Of a DNA stretch of 64,000 nucleotides, positions 63,918 through 64,000 are shown piece by piece. The DNA is from Chlorokybus atmophyticus (Eukaryota; Plantae; Mesostigma and Chlorokybus algae): positions 294,170-358,169 of the forward strand of contig RHPI01002264.1 in assembly GCA_009103225.1 (NCBI GenBank), given 5' to 3'. Both the position numbers and the translations under genes were made by a program. The notes beneath the pieces were generated by a model. It searched no databases. It was given only the letters and a program-made list of their open reading frames with translations, and was not told the origin of the DNA. The number at the start of each line of letters is the position of its first letter. The first letter of the stretch is position 1.

Positions 63918-64000
63918 AGGGTTAGGGTTAGGGTTAGGGTTAGGGTTAGGGTTAGGGTTAGGGTTAGGGTTAGGGTTAGGGTTAGGGTTAGGGTTAGGGT
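63918..64000 (+). repeat. Telomeric array (TTAGGG)n, G-rich strand running to the window end
   Basis: About 13-14 perfect hexamers with no T3 variants. Confidence 0.98.

Noticed and set aside
1-64000. tRNA or rRNA genes
   Set aside because: None recognised; TGGTATCGGAGC matches are retrotransposon primer-binding sites.

Overview
Eukaryotic, intron-rich DNA forming the right end of a chromosome: it ends in about 13-14 TTAGGG repeats (63918-64000). Plant-type RLK/Pelle kinases, a germin-like cupin, short GT-AG introns and a DNA-methyltransferase-carrying Gypsy element point to a green-lineage genome, most plausibly a streptophyte (charophyte-grade) alga; this assignment is inference. Host genes that I could splice by hand: (i) an apparently intact 11-exon receptor kinase (580-3660, +) whose ectodomain resembles bacterial secreted beta-sandwich (PPC-like) modules; (ii) an apparently intact receptor kinase (19240-23245, -) with a ~90% identical kinase block but a C-type lectin ectodomain carrying a Cys-rich insertion; (iii) a kinase-less paralog of gene i (29180-30379); (iv) a pseudogenised paralog of gene ii (42670-45100); (v) a degraded kinase fragment of another subfamily; (vi) a secreted germin/spherulin-like cupin ~3 kb from the telomere. 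All four receptor copies share one ~165-230 bp upstream module, in sense orientation for PPC-type genes and antisense for lectin-type genes. Most of the rest is transposons: a degenerate Gypsy with gag-PR-DNMT-RT-RH-IN-PHD plus remnants of the same family, two young chromovirus Gypsy elements (paired LTRs, 5-bp TSDs, a covarying -1 frameshift hairpin), a solo LTR, a Copia, a CRE-like non-LTR element, and L1-, CACTA- and MULE-like fragments, several of them nested. The best candidates for new biology are the subtelomeric receptor array with swapped ectodomains (one bacterial-looking) and the retrotransposon encoding both a methylation writer and a histone reader. No homology search was run; family calls rest on motif recognition.
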